From Parvibaculum sp. (lineage in GTDB: Bacteria > Pseudomonadota > Alphaproteobacteria > Parvibaculales > Parvibaculaceae), in contig NZQM01000204.1 of the NCBI GenBank assembly GCA_002695905.1, forward strand, positions 830 through 64,829: a stretch of DNA of 64,000 nucleotides. The letters are read 5' to 3'. How positions within the stretch are numbered: position 1 is the stretch's first letter; every line of letters starts with the position of its first letter. Positions 45,692 to 57,078 of the stretch are shown here, piece after piece. The notes beneath the pieces were generated by a model that worked only from the letters and a program-made list of their open reading frames with translations, did not search any database and was not told where the DNA came from. Made by a program: the position numbers and the translations under genes.

Positions 45692-46396
45692 CTACAGGTT
45701 TCGGTCTTTTGCGATCCGCTCATAGGCGGTGTTGATCGATTTTATTTTCTCTTCGGCAAGGTGGTGAAACTCTTCCGGCACACCACGCGCAATCATCATG
45801 TCAGGGTGATTTTCGCGAACGAGGCGTCGATAGGCAGATTTAAGTTCCTCGTCGGACACATCCGCCGAAATGCCCAAGATCAAGAATGGATCTTCTCCAT
45901 CCGGCCCCAGGTGGCTGGCTTTGATGCGGGCATATTCAAGCTCAGAAAATCCGAAAATATCAGCAACCTGTTGAAGAAAAGCGAGCTCGCCATCGTGAAT
46001 GACGTTGTCTGCCTTCGCGATATGGAAGAGGCCATCCAGCACATCCTCCAAAACACCTGGCTTGTCTTTATAGATGCCTGCAACCTGGGCGGCGTAAGCC
46101 TCGAACCCGGCGACATCCTTCTGCGCAATGGAGTAAATGCGCGACACATTCTTCTTTTCGGCGTCAGGCACCTGGAGAATATCTTCAAAGGCCTTCACCT
46201 CGGCTGGGTCGACCACGCCATCGGCTTTCGCCATTTTCGCGGAAAGCCCAATAAGCGCGACTGTGAACACCACCTCATCGTCCCGCAAATTGCGATCAAC
46301 AGCAAAGTGTCCTGCGACAACCCCCGCAAGTGCCCCAATCGGCCCGCCCACAGCGAGTCCGGCAGCAGCCCCGGCTAATTTTCCCCAAATCGACAT
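45692..46396 (-). CDS. djlA: Membrane-anchored DnaJ-like co-chaperone (TM + TerB-like + J domain)
   Basis: [29 protein letters not shown] anchor and a C-terminal J domain [32 protein letters not shown] chose the ATG at 46396; the longer listed ORF lacks homology-like sequence. Confidence 0.8.
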   Translation of the reverse strand: MSIWGKLAGAAAGLAVGGPIGALAGVVAGHFAVDRNLRDDEVVFTVALIGLSAKMAKADGVVDPAEVKAFEDILQVPDAEKKNVSRIYSIAQKDVAGFEAYAAQVAGIYKDKPGVLEDVLDGLFHIAKADNVIHDGELAFLQQVADIFGFSELEYARIKASHLGPDGEDPFLILGISADVSDEELKSAYRRLVRENHPDMMIARGVPEEFHHLAEEKIKSINTAYERIAKDRNL

Positions 46397-46507
46397 GGCG
46401 CGCACCTTAATGGGAAATACCGCACGATGCGAACACCTTTTCTTTCGTCCCCACATTTCCCAGGCGACATGTTTTCTAAAGGGCCAACATATGGCAGGGT
46501 CCGCGCC

Positions 46508-49500
46508 ATGAAAGAGAGTAAACACTGGGACTTCTGGATCGACCGTGGGGGCACCTTCACGGACATTGTCGCCCGCAATCCAAACGGCCAGCTGATTGCG
46601 CACAAGCTCCTGTCAGAAAGTCCAGAGCAATATCAAGACGCCGCGATTCAAGGCATCAGAGAGCTTCTGCAGATCCCGGCAGGAACCCCACTCTCATCAG
46701 ACCTGATCGGCACCGTCAAAATGGGAACGACCGTCGCCACAAACGCGCTGCTAGAGCGCAAAGGCGACCGCGTTCTGTTTCTCACCACCAAGGGCTTCGC
46801 CGACGCGCTCAAGATCGGCTACCAGAACCGTCCCCACCTATTCAAACTAAAGATCGAAAAGCCATCAATGCTTTTCGAAGCGGTCGAGGAAGTGACCGAG
46901 CGCGTTTCAGCAGAAGGTGAGGTCTGGCATCCACTGAACACGGAAGAAACCCGAGAGGCCCTCTTGCGTGCCTATGATGCGGGCATCCGTTCCGTCGCCA
47001 TCTGCTTCATGCACGGCTATCGGTTTCACGACCACGAACAACAGGCCGCCGAAATCGCCAAAGAGATCGGGTTCACCCAAATCTCTGCCAGTCATGACGT
47101 CAGCCCCTTGATGAAATTTGTGGGGCGTAGCGACACCACAGTCGTCGACGCTTACCTCTCCCCCATCCTCCGGCGTTATGTGAATCAAGTTGCCAATGAA
47201 CTCAACGCAGGAAACGACGCCGAAAAAACGAAACTGCTTTTCATGCAGAGTTCTGGCGGCCTGACAGACGCCGCCCTGTTTCAGGGCAAGGACGCCATCC
47301 TCTCTGGCCCTGCTGGCGGTGTGATAGGCGCTGTGGAAACGGCCGCCCTGGCAGGGTTCGACAAGATCATTGGCTTTGACATGGGCGGCACGTCAACCGA
47401 CGTCTGTCACTATGACGGCACCTTAGAACGCACATTTGAGACAGAGGTCGCGGGCGTTCGCCTCCGCGCGCCCATGATGCAGATCCACACAGTGGCGGCT
47501 GGCGGTGGTTCGATCCTCACTTTCGATGGCGCGCGGCTCAGAGCAGGCCCACGCAGTGCCGGCGCCGACCCAGGCCCTGTCAGTTATCGTCGCGGGGGGC
47601 CCCTTACCGTGACCGATGCCAATGTCGCCCTTGGCAGGCTCATGCCCGATCTCTTTCCAAAAGTCTTTGGACCCGAGGCAAACATGCCGCTGGACAGGGA
47701 AGCCGCGTTGCAGGGGTTTTCAGAGCAGGCTGCGAACATTGCAAGCCAATCGCCGGAAGAGGTCGCCGATGGCTATTTGTCCATCGCAGTCGAAAGCATG
47801 GCCCAGGCAATCAAAAAGATTTCGGTTCAGCGCGGCTATGACGTCACCGGCTACGCCCTTGCCTGTTTCGGCGGTGCCGGAGGCCAACATGCCTGTCTTG
47901 TCGCAGACGCACTGGGCATGGAAAAGATCCACTTTCATCCCTTCTCCGGCATTCTGTCAGCCTATGGAATGGGTCTGGCGAGCATCCGCGCAACACGGGA
48001 AGAAGCCGTGGAGGAAAAACTCGACCAAGTGTTCTGGGAAACATTCAACTCCATTGAAGAACGGCTGGCGACGGCGACCCGGCAGGAACTTCTGAACCAA
48101 GGACTAAGTGCAGACCAGATCGAGACAATGACACGCCTGCACCTGCGCTATGAGGGAACAGATACCGCCCTCATCCTCGACCATGACTGCGCCGACATGC
48201 GCCACGTGTTCGAGCAAGCACACCAGCTTCAATTCGGCTTCTTTGACAAAGACCGCGCCATCATTGTCGAAGCCATCTCGGTGGAGGCCATTGGTCGCGA
48301 CACACGTGTTGACGAGGCCCCACCACAGCTTGCTGTCAGAATGGGTGCCGCAACACCAGACCAAACAACGCGTTTCTTCTCACAAGGGAAATGGCATGAG
48401 GCGCCCGTTTATTTGCGGGAACACTTGCGCCCTGGTGACCAACTCAGCGGTCCCTGCCTCATCATTGAGCCCACAGCCACCATTGTTGTCGAAGACGGAT
48501 GGAGCGCAGAGATAACCGACCTCAACCATATGGTCCTGACGCGCATAACCGCTCGCGCCAAACGACACGCCGTCGGCACACAGGCAGACCCTGTAATGCT
48601 GGAAATTTTCAACAACCTCTTTATGTCTATTGCTGAGCAGATGGGGTTCACGCTGCAAAAGACCGCCCATTCGGTGAACATCAAAGAACGCTTGGATTTC
48701 TCCTGCGCCGTCTTTGACCGGACCGGCGGGCTGGTGTCGAACGCGCCTCATATGCCCGTTCACCTGGGGTCTATGGGCGCCAGCGTCAAAACAATCATTG
48801 ACCAAAACCCGGATATGAAGCCCGGCGACGTCTTTGTTTTGAACGCCCCTTATAATGGCGGAACGCACCTGCCTGACATTACGGTTGTGGCCCCGGTGTA
48901 TGATGAGGAAGACGAGACACGCCTCTTCTATGTGGCCGCACGTGGTCATCATGCTGATATTGGCGGCATCGCACCTGGGTCCATGCCTGCCTCGTCACGA
49001 AGCGTCGAAGATGAGGGCGTCCTGATCGACAATTTTAAACTCATGGATCAGGGAACCTTCCGCGAAGACGAACTCCGGCACTTACTGACAGACGCAGCTT
49101 ACCCCGCCCGCAATCCGGATCAGAACATTGCTGACCTTCGTGCCAAAGCCGCAGCCTGCGAGAAAGGCGCACAAGAACTGCGAAAAATGGTCGAGCAATA
49201 TGGGCTGGACGTGGTGAATGCCTATATGGGACACGTTCAGGACAATGCTGAGGAAAGTGTCCGCCGCATCATTGCAAACCTGTCAGACAGTTCCTTTGAA
49301 CAGAAGATGGACGATGGATCCGTCATCAAGGTGGCGATCAGCGTCGACAAAGACACACGATCCGCCACCGTCGATTTCACCGGCACCAGCGCAATCAGGC
49401 CCAACAATCTGAATGCACCCTCATCCATCTGCCGCGCCGCTGTCCTCTATGTGTTTCGGTGCATGGTAGATGATGACATCCCCCTCAACGACGGATGCCT

Positions 49501-50110
49501 CAAACCTCTCACCCTCATCATCCCCGAAGGCTCAATGCTGAACCCCACCTATCCCGCAGCGGTCGTCGGCGGCAATGTGGAAACCAGTCAGGCGGTGACC
49601 GACGCGCTCTTCGGTGCGCTGGGCGCCATGGCTGCAGCGCAGGGCACCATGAACAACCTCACCTTCGGCAATGACGCCTATCAGTATTACGAAACCATTT
49701 GCGGCGGCGCCGGTGCCGGACCGGACTTTGACGGCGCGGATGCTGTCCACACCCATATGACCAACTCGCGGCTCACCGACCCGGAGATACTGGAGTGGCG
49801 CTTTCCTGTCGTGCTGGATGATTTTTCTATTCGGCCGGAGACTGGCGGAGCTGGCAAACATAGTGGTGGAGACGGTGTCCACAGAGCCATTCGGTTCCGC
49901 GAGCCGATGCATGTCTCCATTCTCTCGAGCCATCGCCAGATCGCACCAACCGGTCTTGACGGAGGCGCTGACGCAGCGTTGGGGCACAACACAGTGCTGC
50001 GCGCCGACGGCACCCGTGAGATATTGGACAGTCTTGCAGAATGTGATGTGCAGGCAGGCGACACGATTATCATCGAGACACCCGGCGGTGGCGGATACGG
50101 CAAGTCCTAA
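46508..50110 (+). CDS. Fused hydantoinase A/B-type ATP-dependent 5-oxoprolinase
   Basis: About 1200 aa. N-terminus is [15 protein letters not shown] (HyuA part), with the HyuB part in the C-terminal half ([25 protein letters not shown]). Confidence 0.9.
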   Translation: MKESKHWDFWIDRGGTFTDIVARNPNGQLIAHKLLSESPEQYQDAAIQGIRELLQIPAGTPLSSDLIGTVKMGTTVATNALLERKGDRVLFLTTKGFADALKIGYQNRPHLFKLKIEKPSMLFEAVEEVTERVSAEGEVWHPLNTEETREALLRAYDAGIRSVAICFMHGYRFHDHEQQAAEIAKEIGFTQISASHDVSPLMKFVGRSDTTVVDAYLSPILRRYVNQVANELNAGNDAEKTKLLFMQSSGGLTDAALFQGKDAILSGPAGGVIGAVETAALAGFDKIIGFDMGGTSTDVCHYDGTLERTFETEVAGVRLRAPMMQIHTVAAGGGSILTFDGARLRAGPRSAGADPGPVSYRRGGPLTVTDANVALGRLMPDLFPKVFGPEANMPLDREAALQGFSEQAANIASQSPEEVADGYLSIAVESMAQAIKKISVQRGYDVTGYALACFGGAGGQHACLVADALGMEKIHFHPFSGILSAYGMGLASIRATREEAVEEKLDQVFWETFNSIEERLATATRQELLNQGLSADQIETMTRLHLRYEGTDTALILDHDCADMRHVFEQAHQLQFGFFDKDRAIIVEAISVEAIGRDTRVDEAPPQLAVRMGAATPDQTTRFFSQGKWHEAPVYLREHLRPGDQLSGPCLIIEPTATIVVEDGWSAEITDLNHMVLTRITARAKRHAVGTQADPVMLEIFNNLFMSIAEQMGFTLQKTAHSVNIKERLDFSCAVFDRTGGLVSNAPHMPVHLGSMGASVKTIIDQNPDMKPGDVFVLNAPYNGGTHLPDITVVAPVYDEEDETRLFYVAARGHHADIGGIAPGSMPASSRSVEDEGVLIDNFKLMDQGTFREDELRHLLTDAAYPARNPDQNIADLRAKAAACEKGAQELRKMVEQYGLDVVNAYMGHVQDNAEESVRRIIANLSDSSFEQKMDDGSVIKVAISVDKDTRSATVDFTGTSAIRPNNLNAPSSICRAAVLYVFRCMVDDDIPLNDGCLKPLTLIIPEGSMLNPTYPAAVVGGNVETSQAVTDALFGALGAMAAAQGTMNNLTFGNDAYQYYETICGGAGAGPDFDGADAVHTHMTNSRLTDPEILEWRFPVVLDDFSIRPETGGAGKHSGGDGVHRAIRFREPMHVSILSSHRQIAPTGLDGGADAALGHNTVLRADGTREILDSLAECDVQAGDTIIIETPGGGGYGKS

Positions 50111-50324
50111 AGACGGTCCCCGCCAGCATGATGAGCTTCAGGAAAAGTTTGGCAGCCTCTGCCAATGGTCGGAAAAATGGGTCGCTCTATCCTCGAACGT
50201 TTGACGGAAGCTATGTCCCAATCAGAACCAACGGTTGCGCGACGGGGAACCACTTGGCTCCCCCATGGAAGTCTGATGTCCCATCCACTATGTTGAGCCC
50301 TCAACAAACTGGAGAGCACATCCG

Positions 50325-50867
50325 ATGGCACAGCAGTTTCAGGAACTGGCAGCAGCGCACACCAAGTTCATCGAAAAGCAGAAGATCTTCTTTGTGGCGA
50401 CTGCCGCCACAGAAGGTCGGGTCAACCTCTCTCCCAAGGGCCATGACAGCCTCAAGATCACCGGACCAAATGAACTCATCTGGATGAACCTCACCGGGTC
50501 CGGCAATGAAACCGCTGCGCATCTTGCCGACACCAACCGCATGACCATCATGTGGTGCGCCTTTGACGGCCCGCCGCGCATCCTCCGTGTTTATGGGGAA
50601 GCGGAAACCATCCACCCACGGGACCCAGCCTGGGAGGCATCTGAAAAACTCATTCCCGCCGAAACAGGGTCACGCCAGTATTACAAAATGAAGATCGACC
50701 TGGTGCAGACCAGCTGCGGCTATGCCGTCCCCCTCTTCGACTATAAGGGTGACCGCGACGTGCTGCGCGCCTGGGCCGACAAAAAAGGCCGCGATGGCGT
50801 GGAAGACTATTGGGACGAGAAAAACCAGACCAGCATCGACGGCCTGCCGACTGGGGTGTTGGGGTAG
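50325..50867 (+). CDS. Pyridoxamine 5'-phosphate oxidase-family (FMN-binding split-barrel) protein
   Basis: 180 aa. FFVATAATEGRVNLSPKG is typical of the PNPOx-like fold. Confidence 0.75.
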   Translation: MAQQFQELAAAHTKFIEKQKIFFVATAATEGRVNLSPKGHDSLKITGPNELIWMNLTGSGNETAAHLADTNRMTIMWCAFDGPPRILRVYGEAETIHPRDPAWEASEKLIPAETGSRQYYKMKIDLVQTSCGYAVPLFDYKGDRDVLRAWADKKGRDGVEDYWDEKNQTSIDGLPTGVLG

Positions 50868-50957
50868 CATCCAGCGGCCCCAAAACCACCGACAGAGCGC
50901 CAGCCTTAGCCAACACTCCGTCTTGTCGCGTTTGTGGTGGGAACGCGACGGGACCGC

Positions 50958-50983
50958 AAAAAATGCGGGCTGGGTTAGCCCGC
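50958..50983 (-). terminator. Intrinsic terminator downstream of metH
   Basis: GCGGGCU-aaccc-AGCCCGC on the minus strand, followed by AUUUUUUG. It lies 69-94 nt after the metH stop. Confidence 0.65.
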
Positions 50984-51051
50984 TGCGCGCATCTCTGCGA
51001 GGAACGCATCCACCCGTTCCTCAAGCGCGCGCGCTGAAAAAATCGGAGGAA

Positions 51052-53709
51052 TTACCGCCCTGGCGCATAATTGAGGACAGGCGCCAACCAGCGTTCGGTC
51101 TCATCGACGCTCATGCCTTTGCGCGCCGCATAGTCTTCCACCTGGTCTTTCTCAACCCGCCCTACACCAAAGTAGTAGCTGTCAGGGTGGGAGAAATAGA
51201 GCCCGGAAACAGACGAACCAGGCCACATGGCACAGCTTTCCGTGAGTGTAATGCCTGTCCGCTGCTCAGCTTCCAGAAGACGGAACAGCGTCCGCTTTTC
51301 GGTATGGTCCGGTTGTGCTGGATAGCCTGGCGCCGGGCGGATGCCGTGGTATTTCTCGGCAATCAGGTCTTCCGTAGAAAGACTACCTTCATCTGCATAA
51401 CCCCAGAACTCGCGGCGCACCCTTGCATGTAGATATTCTGCAAAGGCTTCTGCAAACCTGTCAGCAAGCGCCTGCATCAGAATTTTGGAATAGTCATCAT
51501 TCGCCGCATCAAACCGCGCCACATGCTCGTCCTCGCCATGACCTGCAGTCACAGCAAACCCGCCCACATAATCGTGGATTCCCTGCTCTGCCACAAAGTC
51601 GGCAAGCGCAACATGAGCCCGATCATTCTTCCGCGCCATCTGCTGACGCAGCGTGTGGAACATGGCAAGGCGATTCTCGCGCGTATCATCAGTATAGAGC
51701 TCAATATCGTCTTCCGCGGTCCGGTTTGCCGGCCAAAAGCCCACCACCCCCTTAGGCGAGAGCCATTTTTCGCTCACCATTTGATCAAGCAACTTTTGCG
51801 CATCATCGAAAAGCTGGTTTGCAGCCTTCCCCATCTTGTCGTCGGTCAAAATGCGCGGATAGCTGCCCTTCATTTCCCAGGTGGCAAAGAAAGGTGTCCA
51901 ATCAATGTAGGGGACCAAGCCTTCCAATGAGACATCATTAATCGTCTTCAGTCCAAGGAAGGTCGGCTTCGGCGGCACATATTCCGCAAAATCAATAGCA
52001 AAGTGATTGGCCCGGGCATCTGCCAGCGACAGCCGTTCGCCCTTGGCTTGACCCCGAGCATGAGCTTCGGCCATTTGGCTATATTCTTCGGCAATACCTG
52101 TTTTGTATTGATCCGCCTGCGTGTCTGAGAGAAGTGAATTTGCAACGCCAACCGCCCGACTGGCATCTGGCACATAGACCGCCTGGCCTTTATCATAATT
52201 GGGGTGGATTTTCACCGCCGTATGCACACGGCTTGTGGTCGCGCCACCGATCAGTAGCGGCACATTAAAGTCCTGCCGTTCCATCTCGGCCGCCACGTGG
52301 CACATTTCATCAAGGCTCGGCGTGATGAGACCGGAAAGCCCGATAATGTCGACATTCTCTTCTTTGGCGGTTTCAAGGATCTTTGCGGCAGGCACCATAA
52401 CGCCCAGGTCAATCACCTTGTAATTGTTACATTGCAGCACGACACCCACGATGTTCTTACCAATATCGTGCACATCGCCCTTCACCGTCGCCATCAGGAT
52501 GGTGCCGTTCGAAGAATCTTCTGTAATGCCAAGCTCTTCTTTTTCCTTCTCCATATAAGGCATGAGATAGGCCACGGCCTGTTTCATCACACGGGCGGAC
52601 TTCACCACCTGCGGCAGAAACATCTTACCTGCCCCGAACAAGTCGCCCACCACATTCATCCCATCCATCAATGGACCTTCGATCACATGAAGGGGGCGCT
52701 CGGCTTCCTGCCGGGCTTCTTCTGTGTCTTCTTCAATAAAAGCGGTAATCCCGTTTACAAGCGCATGGCGCAGACGGTCTTTCACCGGCACTTCGCGCCA
52801 GGAAAGGTCCTCCACCTTTTTCTTACCGCCCTCACCTTTATATTGCTCTGCCACATCAAGCAGGCGCTCCGTCGCATCATCACGGCGGTTGAGGATGACA
52901 TCTTCGACGGCGTCTCTGAGCTCTGAGGGAATGTCCTCGTAAATTGCGAGCTGACCCGCATTCACAATACCCATATCCATGCCGGCTTTGATGGCATGAT
53001 AGAGAAAAACGGAATGCATCGCCTCGCGCACTGCATTGTTGCCACGGAAGGAGAACGAAACGTTGGAAACACCGCCGGACACGTGACAGTGCGGCAGGTT
53101 TTCCTTAATCCGGCGTGTCCCTTCGATGAAAGCGACGCCATAATCATTATGTTCTTCGATACCGGTCGCGACGGCAAAGATGTTGGGGTCGAAAATAATG
53201 TCTTCCGGTGGCAAGCCGACCGTCTCGGTCAACAGCTTGTAGGAACGTTCACAGATCTCAAACTTCCGGTCAGCCGTATCCGCCTGACCTTCCGTGTCGA
53301 ACGCCATCACGACAACAGCCGCGCCATAGGCTTTGACCTTACGCGCCTGTTCGAGGAAAGGCTCTTCGCCTTCCTTCAATGAAATCGAGTTAACGATCGC
53401 CTTGCCCTGCACGCATTTGAGGCCCGCCTCGATCACATTCCATTTGGACGAGTCGATCATCACTGGAACGCGCGCAATATCGGGCTCTGATGCGATCAGG
53501 TTCATAAAGCGCACCATCGCGGCCTCTGAATCCAACATGCCCTCATCCATGTTGACGTCAATGACCTGCGCGCCATTCTCCACCTGCTGAAGCGCAACAG
53601 CCAGAGCTTCCTCGTAATTATCTTCGAGGATGAGTTTTTTGAATCTCGCCGAACCGGTCACATTGGTTCGTTCGCCCACATTGATAAACGTGGCGGTCTG
53701 ATCAGACAT
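51052..53709 (-). CDS. metH: Cobalamin-dependent methionine synthase, folate-binding + B12 cap/binding + AdoMet-reactivation domains (lacks the Hcy domain)
   Basis: Begins at [20 protein letters not shown] (start of the pterin-binding domain). B12 motifs [21 protein letters not shown] and LLIGGA. Activation-domain motif [12 protein letters not shown]. Confidence 0.93.
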   Translation of the reverse strand: MSDQTATFINVGERTNVTGSARFKKLILEDNYEEALAVALQQVENGAQVIDVNMDEGMLDSEAAMVRFMNLIASEPDIARVPVMIDSSKWNVIEAGLKCVQGKAIVNSISLKEGEEPFLEQARKVKAYGAAVVVMAFDTEGQADTADRKFEICERSYKLLTETVGLPPEDIIFDPNIFAVATGIEEHNDYGVAFIEGTRRIKENLPHCHVSGGVSNVSFSFRGNNAVREAMHSVFLYHAIKAGMDMGIVNAGQLAIYEDIPSELRDAVEDVILNRRDDATERLLDVAEQYKGEGGKKKVEDLSWREVPVKDRLRHALVNGITAFIEEDTEEARQEAERPLHVIEGPLMDGMNVVGDLFGAGKMFLPQVVKSARVMKQAVAYLMPYMEKEKEELGITEDSSNGTILMATVKGDVHDIGKNIVGVVLQCNNYKVIDLGVMVPAAKILETAKEENVDIIGLSGLITPSLDEMCHVAAEMERQDFNVPLLIGGATTSRVHTAVKIHPNYDKGQAVYVPDASRAVGVANSLLSDTQADQYKTGIAEEYSQMAEAHARGQAKGERLSLADARANHFAIDFAEYVPPKPTFLGLKTINDVSLEGLVPYIDWTPFFATWEMKGSYPRILTDDKMGKAANQLFDDAQKLLDQMVSEKWLSPKGVVGFWPANRTAEDDIELYTDDTRENRLAMFHTLRQQMARKNDRAHVALADFVAEQGIHDYVGGFAVTAGHGEDEHVARFDAANDDYSKILMQALADRFAEAFAEYLHARVRREFWGYADEGSLSTEDLIAEKYHGIRPAPGYPAQPDHTEKRTLFRLLEAEQRTGITLTESCAMWPGSSVSGLYFSHPDSYYFGVGRVEKDQVEDYAARKGMSVDETERWLAPVLNYAPGR

Positions 53710-53720
53710 GTACTGTATTC

Positions 53721-54794
53721 CTATCCGTGCACGAAGGGCTCAAGACCCGATAAGCGCATGCGAGTTTCTATCTGGGGTATTTCGCGGGGTGCCGCTGTCG
53801 AAACCGCCTCTGTGATCGCTGCAATATGTTCTGGCGTCGAGCCGCAACAGCCCCCGACAATATTGACCAACCCGCTTTCCGCATATTCACCAACAAGGTC
53901 AGCCATTTCTTTGGCCGATTGGTCATATTCCCCGAACTCGTTAGGCAAACCTGCATTGGGATGCGCTGACACATTTACATCTGTGATCCGGGACAATGTA
54001 TCCACATATTGCCGAAGTTGTTCAGCCCCGAGCGCACAATTAAGGCCGATCGAGAACGGCTTCACATGGCGCACAGAATACCAAAAGGCTTCGACTGTCT
54101 GTCCGGAGAGCAAACGCCCCGACGCATCTGTAATGGTGCCAGAAATCATCACCGGCAACTCAATACCTGTTTCAGCAAAGACGTTCTGGATCGCAACCAA
54201 AGCCGCCTTGGCGTTCAGCGTATCAAAAATCGTCTCGACCATAATTGTGTCTGACCCGCCTTCAATCAGGCCGCGTGTCGCCTCTGCATAGGCGTCTTCC
54301 AGCGCATCAAAAGTGATATTCCGAAAACCAGGATCGTTGACATCAGGTGACAGCGAAGCTGTCCGCGGCGTGGGCCCGAGCGTACCCACCACATAGCGGA
54401 CACGTCCATCTTCCTCTTCGGCAATGTCCGCGGCTTCGCGCGCGATCGCAGCACTTGCGACATTCATCTCATAAGCCAAATGTTCCAGCTCATAGTCACC
54501 CTGGGCAACGGAGTTGGAGCCAAACGTGTTCGTCTCCGCGAAATCTGCGCCCGCACGGAAATAGTTCAGGTGAATTTCACGGATCACGTCAGGACGTGTG
54601 AGCGACAGGAGCTCATTGTCACCCTTCACATCCACATGATGGTCTTTGAGAATATCACCGCGATAGTCGGCTTCTTCCAGCCCATACCCCTGGATGAGCG
54701 ATCCCATTGCACCATCCAGCACCAAAATCCGTTTTTTTACGGCACGTTTGAGCTCTGCAATACGCTCTTTTCGTTCTTTATTGTCTACAGTCAT
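53721..54794 (-). CDS. Stand-alone homocysteine S-methyltransferase (Hcy-binding) domain of methionine synthase
   Basis: [13 protein letters not shown], with Zn-ligand motifs GLNCALG and [12 protein letters not shown]. It ends at [11 protein letters not shown], the end of the Hcy domain in single-chain MetH. The ATG at 54794 has a GGAGG Shine-Dalgarno. Confidence 0.9.
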   Translation of the reverse strand: MTVDNKERKERIAELKRAVKKRILVLDGAMGSLIQGYGLEEADYRGDILKDHHVDVKGDNELLSLTRPDVIREIHLNYFRAGADFAETNTFGSNSVAQGDYELEHLAYEMNVASAAIAREAADIAEEEDGRVRYVVGTLGPTPRTASLSPDVNDPGFRNITFDALEDAYAEATRGLIEGGSDTIMVETIFDTLNAKAALVAIQNVFAETGIELPVMISGTITDASGRLLSGQTVEAFWYSVRHVKPFSIGLNCALGAEQLRQYVDTLSRITDVNVSAHPNAGLPNEFGEYDQSAKEMADLVGEYAESGLVNIVGGCCGSTPEHIAAITEAVSTAAPREIPQIETRMRLSGLEPFVHG

Positions 54795-54807
54795 AAGCAG
54801 ACCTCCT

Positions 54808-55695
54808 TCAGGAAACCGCAACGGGCTTGTAGCCGAGGATGTGGCAGATCGCATAGGTGAGATCTGCCTGATTGAGTGTGTAGAGATGGAAATCCCTGAA
54901 ACCTAAACGTTCAAGGTCATGAACCTGTTCCGCCGCAACCGTTGCCGCGATCAGCCGACGGGTCGGTAGATCATCATCCAGGCCGTCATAATAGGCCGCG
55001 AGCCAGTTGGGGATCGTAGCGCCACACCGCTCAGCCATCCGAACCACGCCCTTGAAATTCGTCGTGGGCATGATGCCTGGAATAATCGGAATATCGATGC
55101 CCGCCTTCCGCACCCGTTCCAACAGGTGCTCATAATGCTCCGTCTCAAACGCAAACTGTGCGATGGCACGGGTGGCGCCCTGATCAATCTTGGCTTTCAA
55201 CAAATCAATGTCATGGTCAAAGCTCACGCTCTCCGGATGACGCTCAGGATAGATGCTGACGGTAACCTCAAAGTCACCAATGGCCTTGATGCCGCGCACC
55301 AGGTCTGCGGTGCTCAAATACCCGTCCTCATGCGCTTTGTAAGGACCTTCCATATCCGGCATGTCGCCGCGAATAGCGACGATGTGCCGAACACCGGCAT
55401 CCCAATAGCCCTGGATAACGCCGTCCACCTCTGCTTTCGAAGCCCCAACACAAGTCAGGTGAGCAGCGGGTTTCAAATCGGTTTCATTGACCATCCGCTT
55501 GACCGTCGCATGGGTCCGTTCGCGTGTACTCCCGCCCGCACCATACGTCACCGATACAAAGGCAGGCTGCAACGGCGCCAGACGTTCAATGGCCGCCCAG
55601 AGTTTTTCTTCAGCCTCCGATGTCTTCGGCGGGGAGAATTCGAACGAAACCCGCACATTATCTCGCCCTCTAAACCTGTCTCCTAGGGAACTCAT
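54808..55695 (-). CDS. metF: 5,10-methylenetetrahydrofolate reductase
   Basis: [10 protein letters not shown] and [10 protein letters not shown] motifs. The ATG at 55695 overlaps the upstream stop (ATGA). Confidence 0.9.
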   Translation of the reverse strand: MSSLGDRFRGRDNVRVSFEFSPPKTSEAEEKLWAAIERLAPLQPAFVSVTYGAGGSTRERTHATVKRMVNETDLKPAAHLTCVGASKAEVDGVIQGYWDAGVRHIVAIRGDMPDMEGPYKAHEDGYLSTADLVRGIKAIGDFEVTVSIYPERHPESVSFDHDIDLLKAKIDQGATRAIAQFAFETEHYEHLLERVRKAGIDIPIIPGIMPTTNFKGVVRMAERCGATIPNWLAAYYDGLDDDLPTRRLIAATVAAEQVHDLERLGFRDFHLYTLNQADLTYAICHILGYKPVAVS

Positions 55696-56678
55696 ACCGC
55701 CTCTCCTTTTTTGCCACCACCGGTCTCCGCCGGTTTCTCCGCCGCCCAAATCAACACCGTAAGCTTTGCTTCATCACCGTCGGGTGGGAGCGCAACTTCT
55801 TTCACAACCTCAAGTCCGGCACTGCGACACCAATCGCTGATTTCTGCTTTCGCAAAGCCCAGGCGCCGATGCGCTTGTTCATCTCGTAAAAAATCGAGAT
55901 CGTGCGGCGCAAAGTCTGCAATCAACAGACGTCCGCCAGGTGACAGTACCCGCGCCGCTTCTTGTATCGACGCCGCCGGGTCATCGAGATAGTGGAGCAC
56001 CTGATGAAGGGTCACGAGATCAAACTCACCATCGACAAAGGTCAGGTCAAATATGTCTCCCTGACGTACATGCACATGGGTGAGGCCCGCATCGTCAAGC
56101 CGCGTACGCGCAAATGACAACATCTCTGGGCTAAGATCAACGCCCTCCGCACGATCGGCCTTATCGGCAAAAATCTCCAGCATCCGCCCCGTCCCAGTAC
56201 CCAGGTCGAGAATCGCGTTCAGGCGAGAATCAGGCACAAGAGCGGACAGAGCGTCCTCAACCTTTACCTCTGGCACATAAAGCGCCCTGATAAGATCCCA
56301 CTCATCGGCATTTTCCCGGAAAAAGGCGGCGGCCCGCTGAACCCTCGCCTCCTTAACCGACTTCAGCCTCTCCAGATCACGCGCGACGACTGGGTCATCA
56401 GCAGGTAATGCCTGCACCAGGAACTGAACCAGGTCACCCTCACCGGTCTGGTTTGCAAGGCGGTAGAAAACCCAACTGCCCTCTCTAAACCGATCTAGCA
56501 GGCCAGCTTCACAAAGAAGCTTCAGATGTCTGCTGACCCGCGGCTGGCTTTGCCGCAAAATCTGGGTCAGTTCGCTAACGGTGAGTTCGCTCCGCGCAAG
56601 CAGCATCAGCAGCCGAAGCCGAGTTGGCTCCCCCGCAGCGCGCAACCCTGTTAGCAAAGCCTCCACCGACCACCTCAA
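55692..56678 (-). CDS. ArsR-family wHTH fused to a class I SAM-methyltransferase-like domain (SahR-like regulator)
   Basis: N-terminus is AAGEPTRLRLLMLLARSELTVSELTQIL...VSRHLKLL. The C-terminal part carries LDLGTGTGRML and LSPGGRLLIADF. The start is TTG 56678 or GTG 56666. Confidence 0.7.
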   Translation of the reverse strand: MRWSVEALLTGLRAAGEPTRLRLLMLLARSELTVSELTQILRQSQPRVSRHLKLLCEAGLLDRFREGSWVFYRLANQTGEGDLVQFLVQALPADDPVVARDLERLKSVKEARVQRAAAFFRENADEWDLIRALYVPEVKVEDALSALVPDSRLNAILDLGTGTGRMLEIFADKADRAEGVDLSPEMLSFARTRLDDAGLTHVHVRQGDIFDLTFVDGEFDLVTLHQVLHYLDDPAASIQEAARVLSPGGRLLIADFAPHDLDFLRDEQAHRRLGFAKAEISDWCRSAGLEVVKEVALPPDGDEAKLTVLIWAAEKPAETGGGKKGEAV

Positions 56679-56723
56679 GCTGGGTCCCTACCTTCGGAAC
56701 CATGGAAAATACACCCAGAACGA

Positions 56724-56752
56724 TATATACATATCTTTATGTCCAAATTCAA
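56724..56752 (-). promoter_or_regulatory. Candidate promoter of the sahR-like/metF/metH operon with an embedded palindrome
   Basis: On the minus strand: TTGAAT (56752-56747), a 17-nt spacer, then TATATA (56729-56724). The palindrome ACATA-AAGA-TATGT (56742-56729) fills the spacer. Confidence 0.4.
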
Positions 56753-57078
56753 AATAAAAGATGAACTTGATGATCAAGCCACGCCGCTGACAAGCCTCAG
56801 GGTTTCAGAGGTATTTCAGCAACATGGTGCCGATTTCCAACAGAGCGCCCGGCGGCAAGCTGGTTAACGACGCTCAGCACGTGATAGCAAAGATTTGTGT
56901 TTTCTGTAGTGAGTCCCGCCCTATATAGCCTTAAGATCGCCGCCAATTTGGTAAAACCCAGCAATATTCACGGCGAATTAATAGGGTAGGTGCTAGCAAC
57001 GGCGTACCTGTAGAGAGTGACATCGTGCGTGGATGAAGACCACTTCAGACCCGCCGACATTGATGATATAGGAATAAT

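Noticed and set aside
45614-46378. A 254-aa + strand ORF opposite djlA.
   Set aside because: It is antisense to a gene with a clear TM, TerB-like and J-domain architecture, and it has no motif of its own.
50722-51432. A 236-aa + strand ORF spanning the PNPOx 3' end, the intergenic terminator and the metH 3' end.
   Set aside because: It crosses a terminator hairpin and two well-supported genes in other frames or strands. The translation is Arg/Pro-rich.
53710-53720. metH split as a sequencing frameshift or pseudogene.
   Set aside because: I did not adopt this as the primary reading. The break coincides exactly with the interdomain linker, the upstream part ends with a normal stop, and the downstream part has its own ATG. 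It is kept as the refutation test in the finding.
56779-57078. A roughly 300-nt AT-rich non-coding leader upstream of mlaA, which I inspected for SAM-II, SAM-V or cobalamin riboswitch motifs or a small RNA.
   Set aside because: I could not find the conserved cores (no B12 box, no SAM-II pseudoknot signature), a convincing terminator hairpin or an ORF. It is most simply a divergent promoter region. cmscan would be the decisive test.
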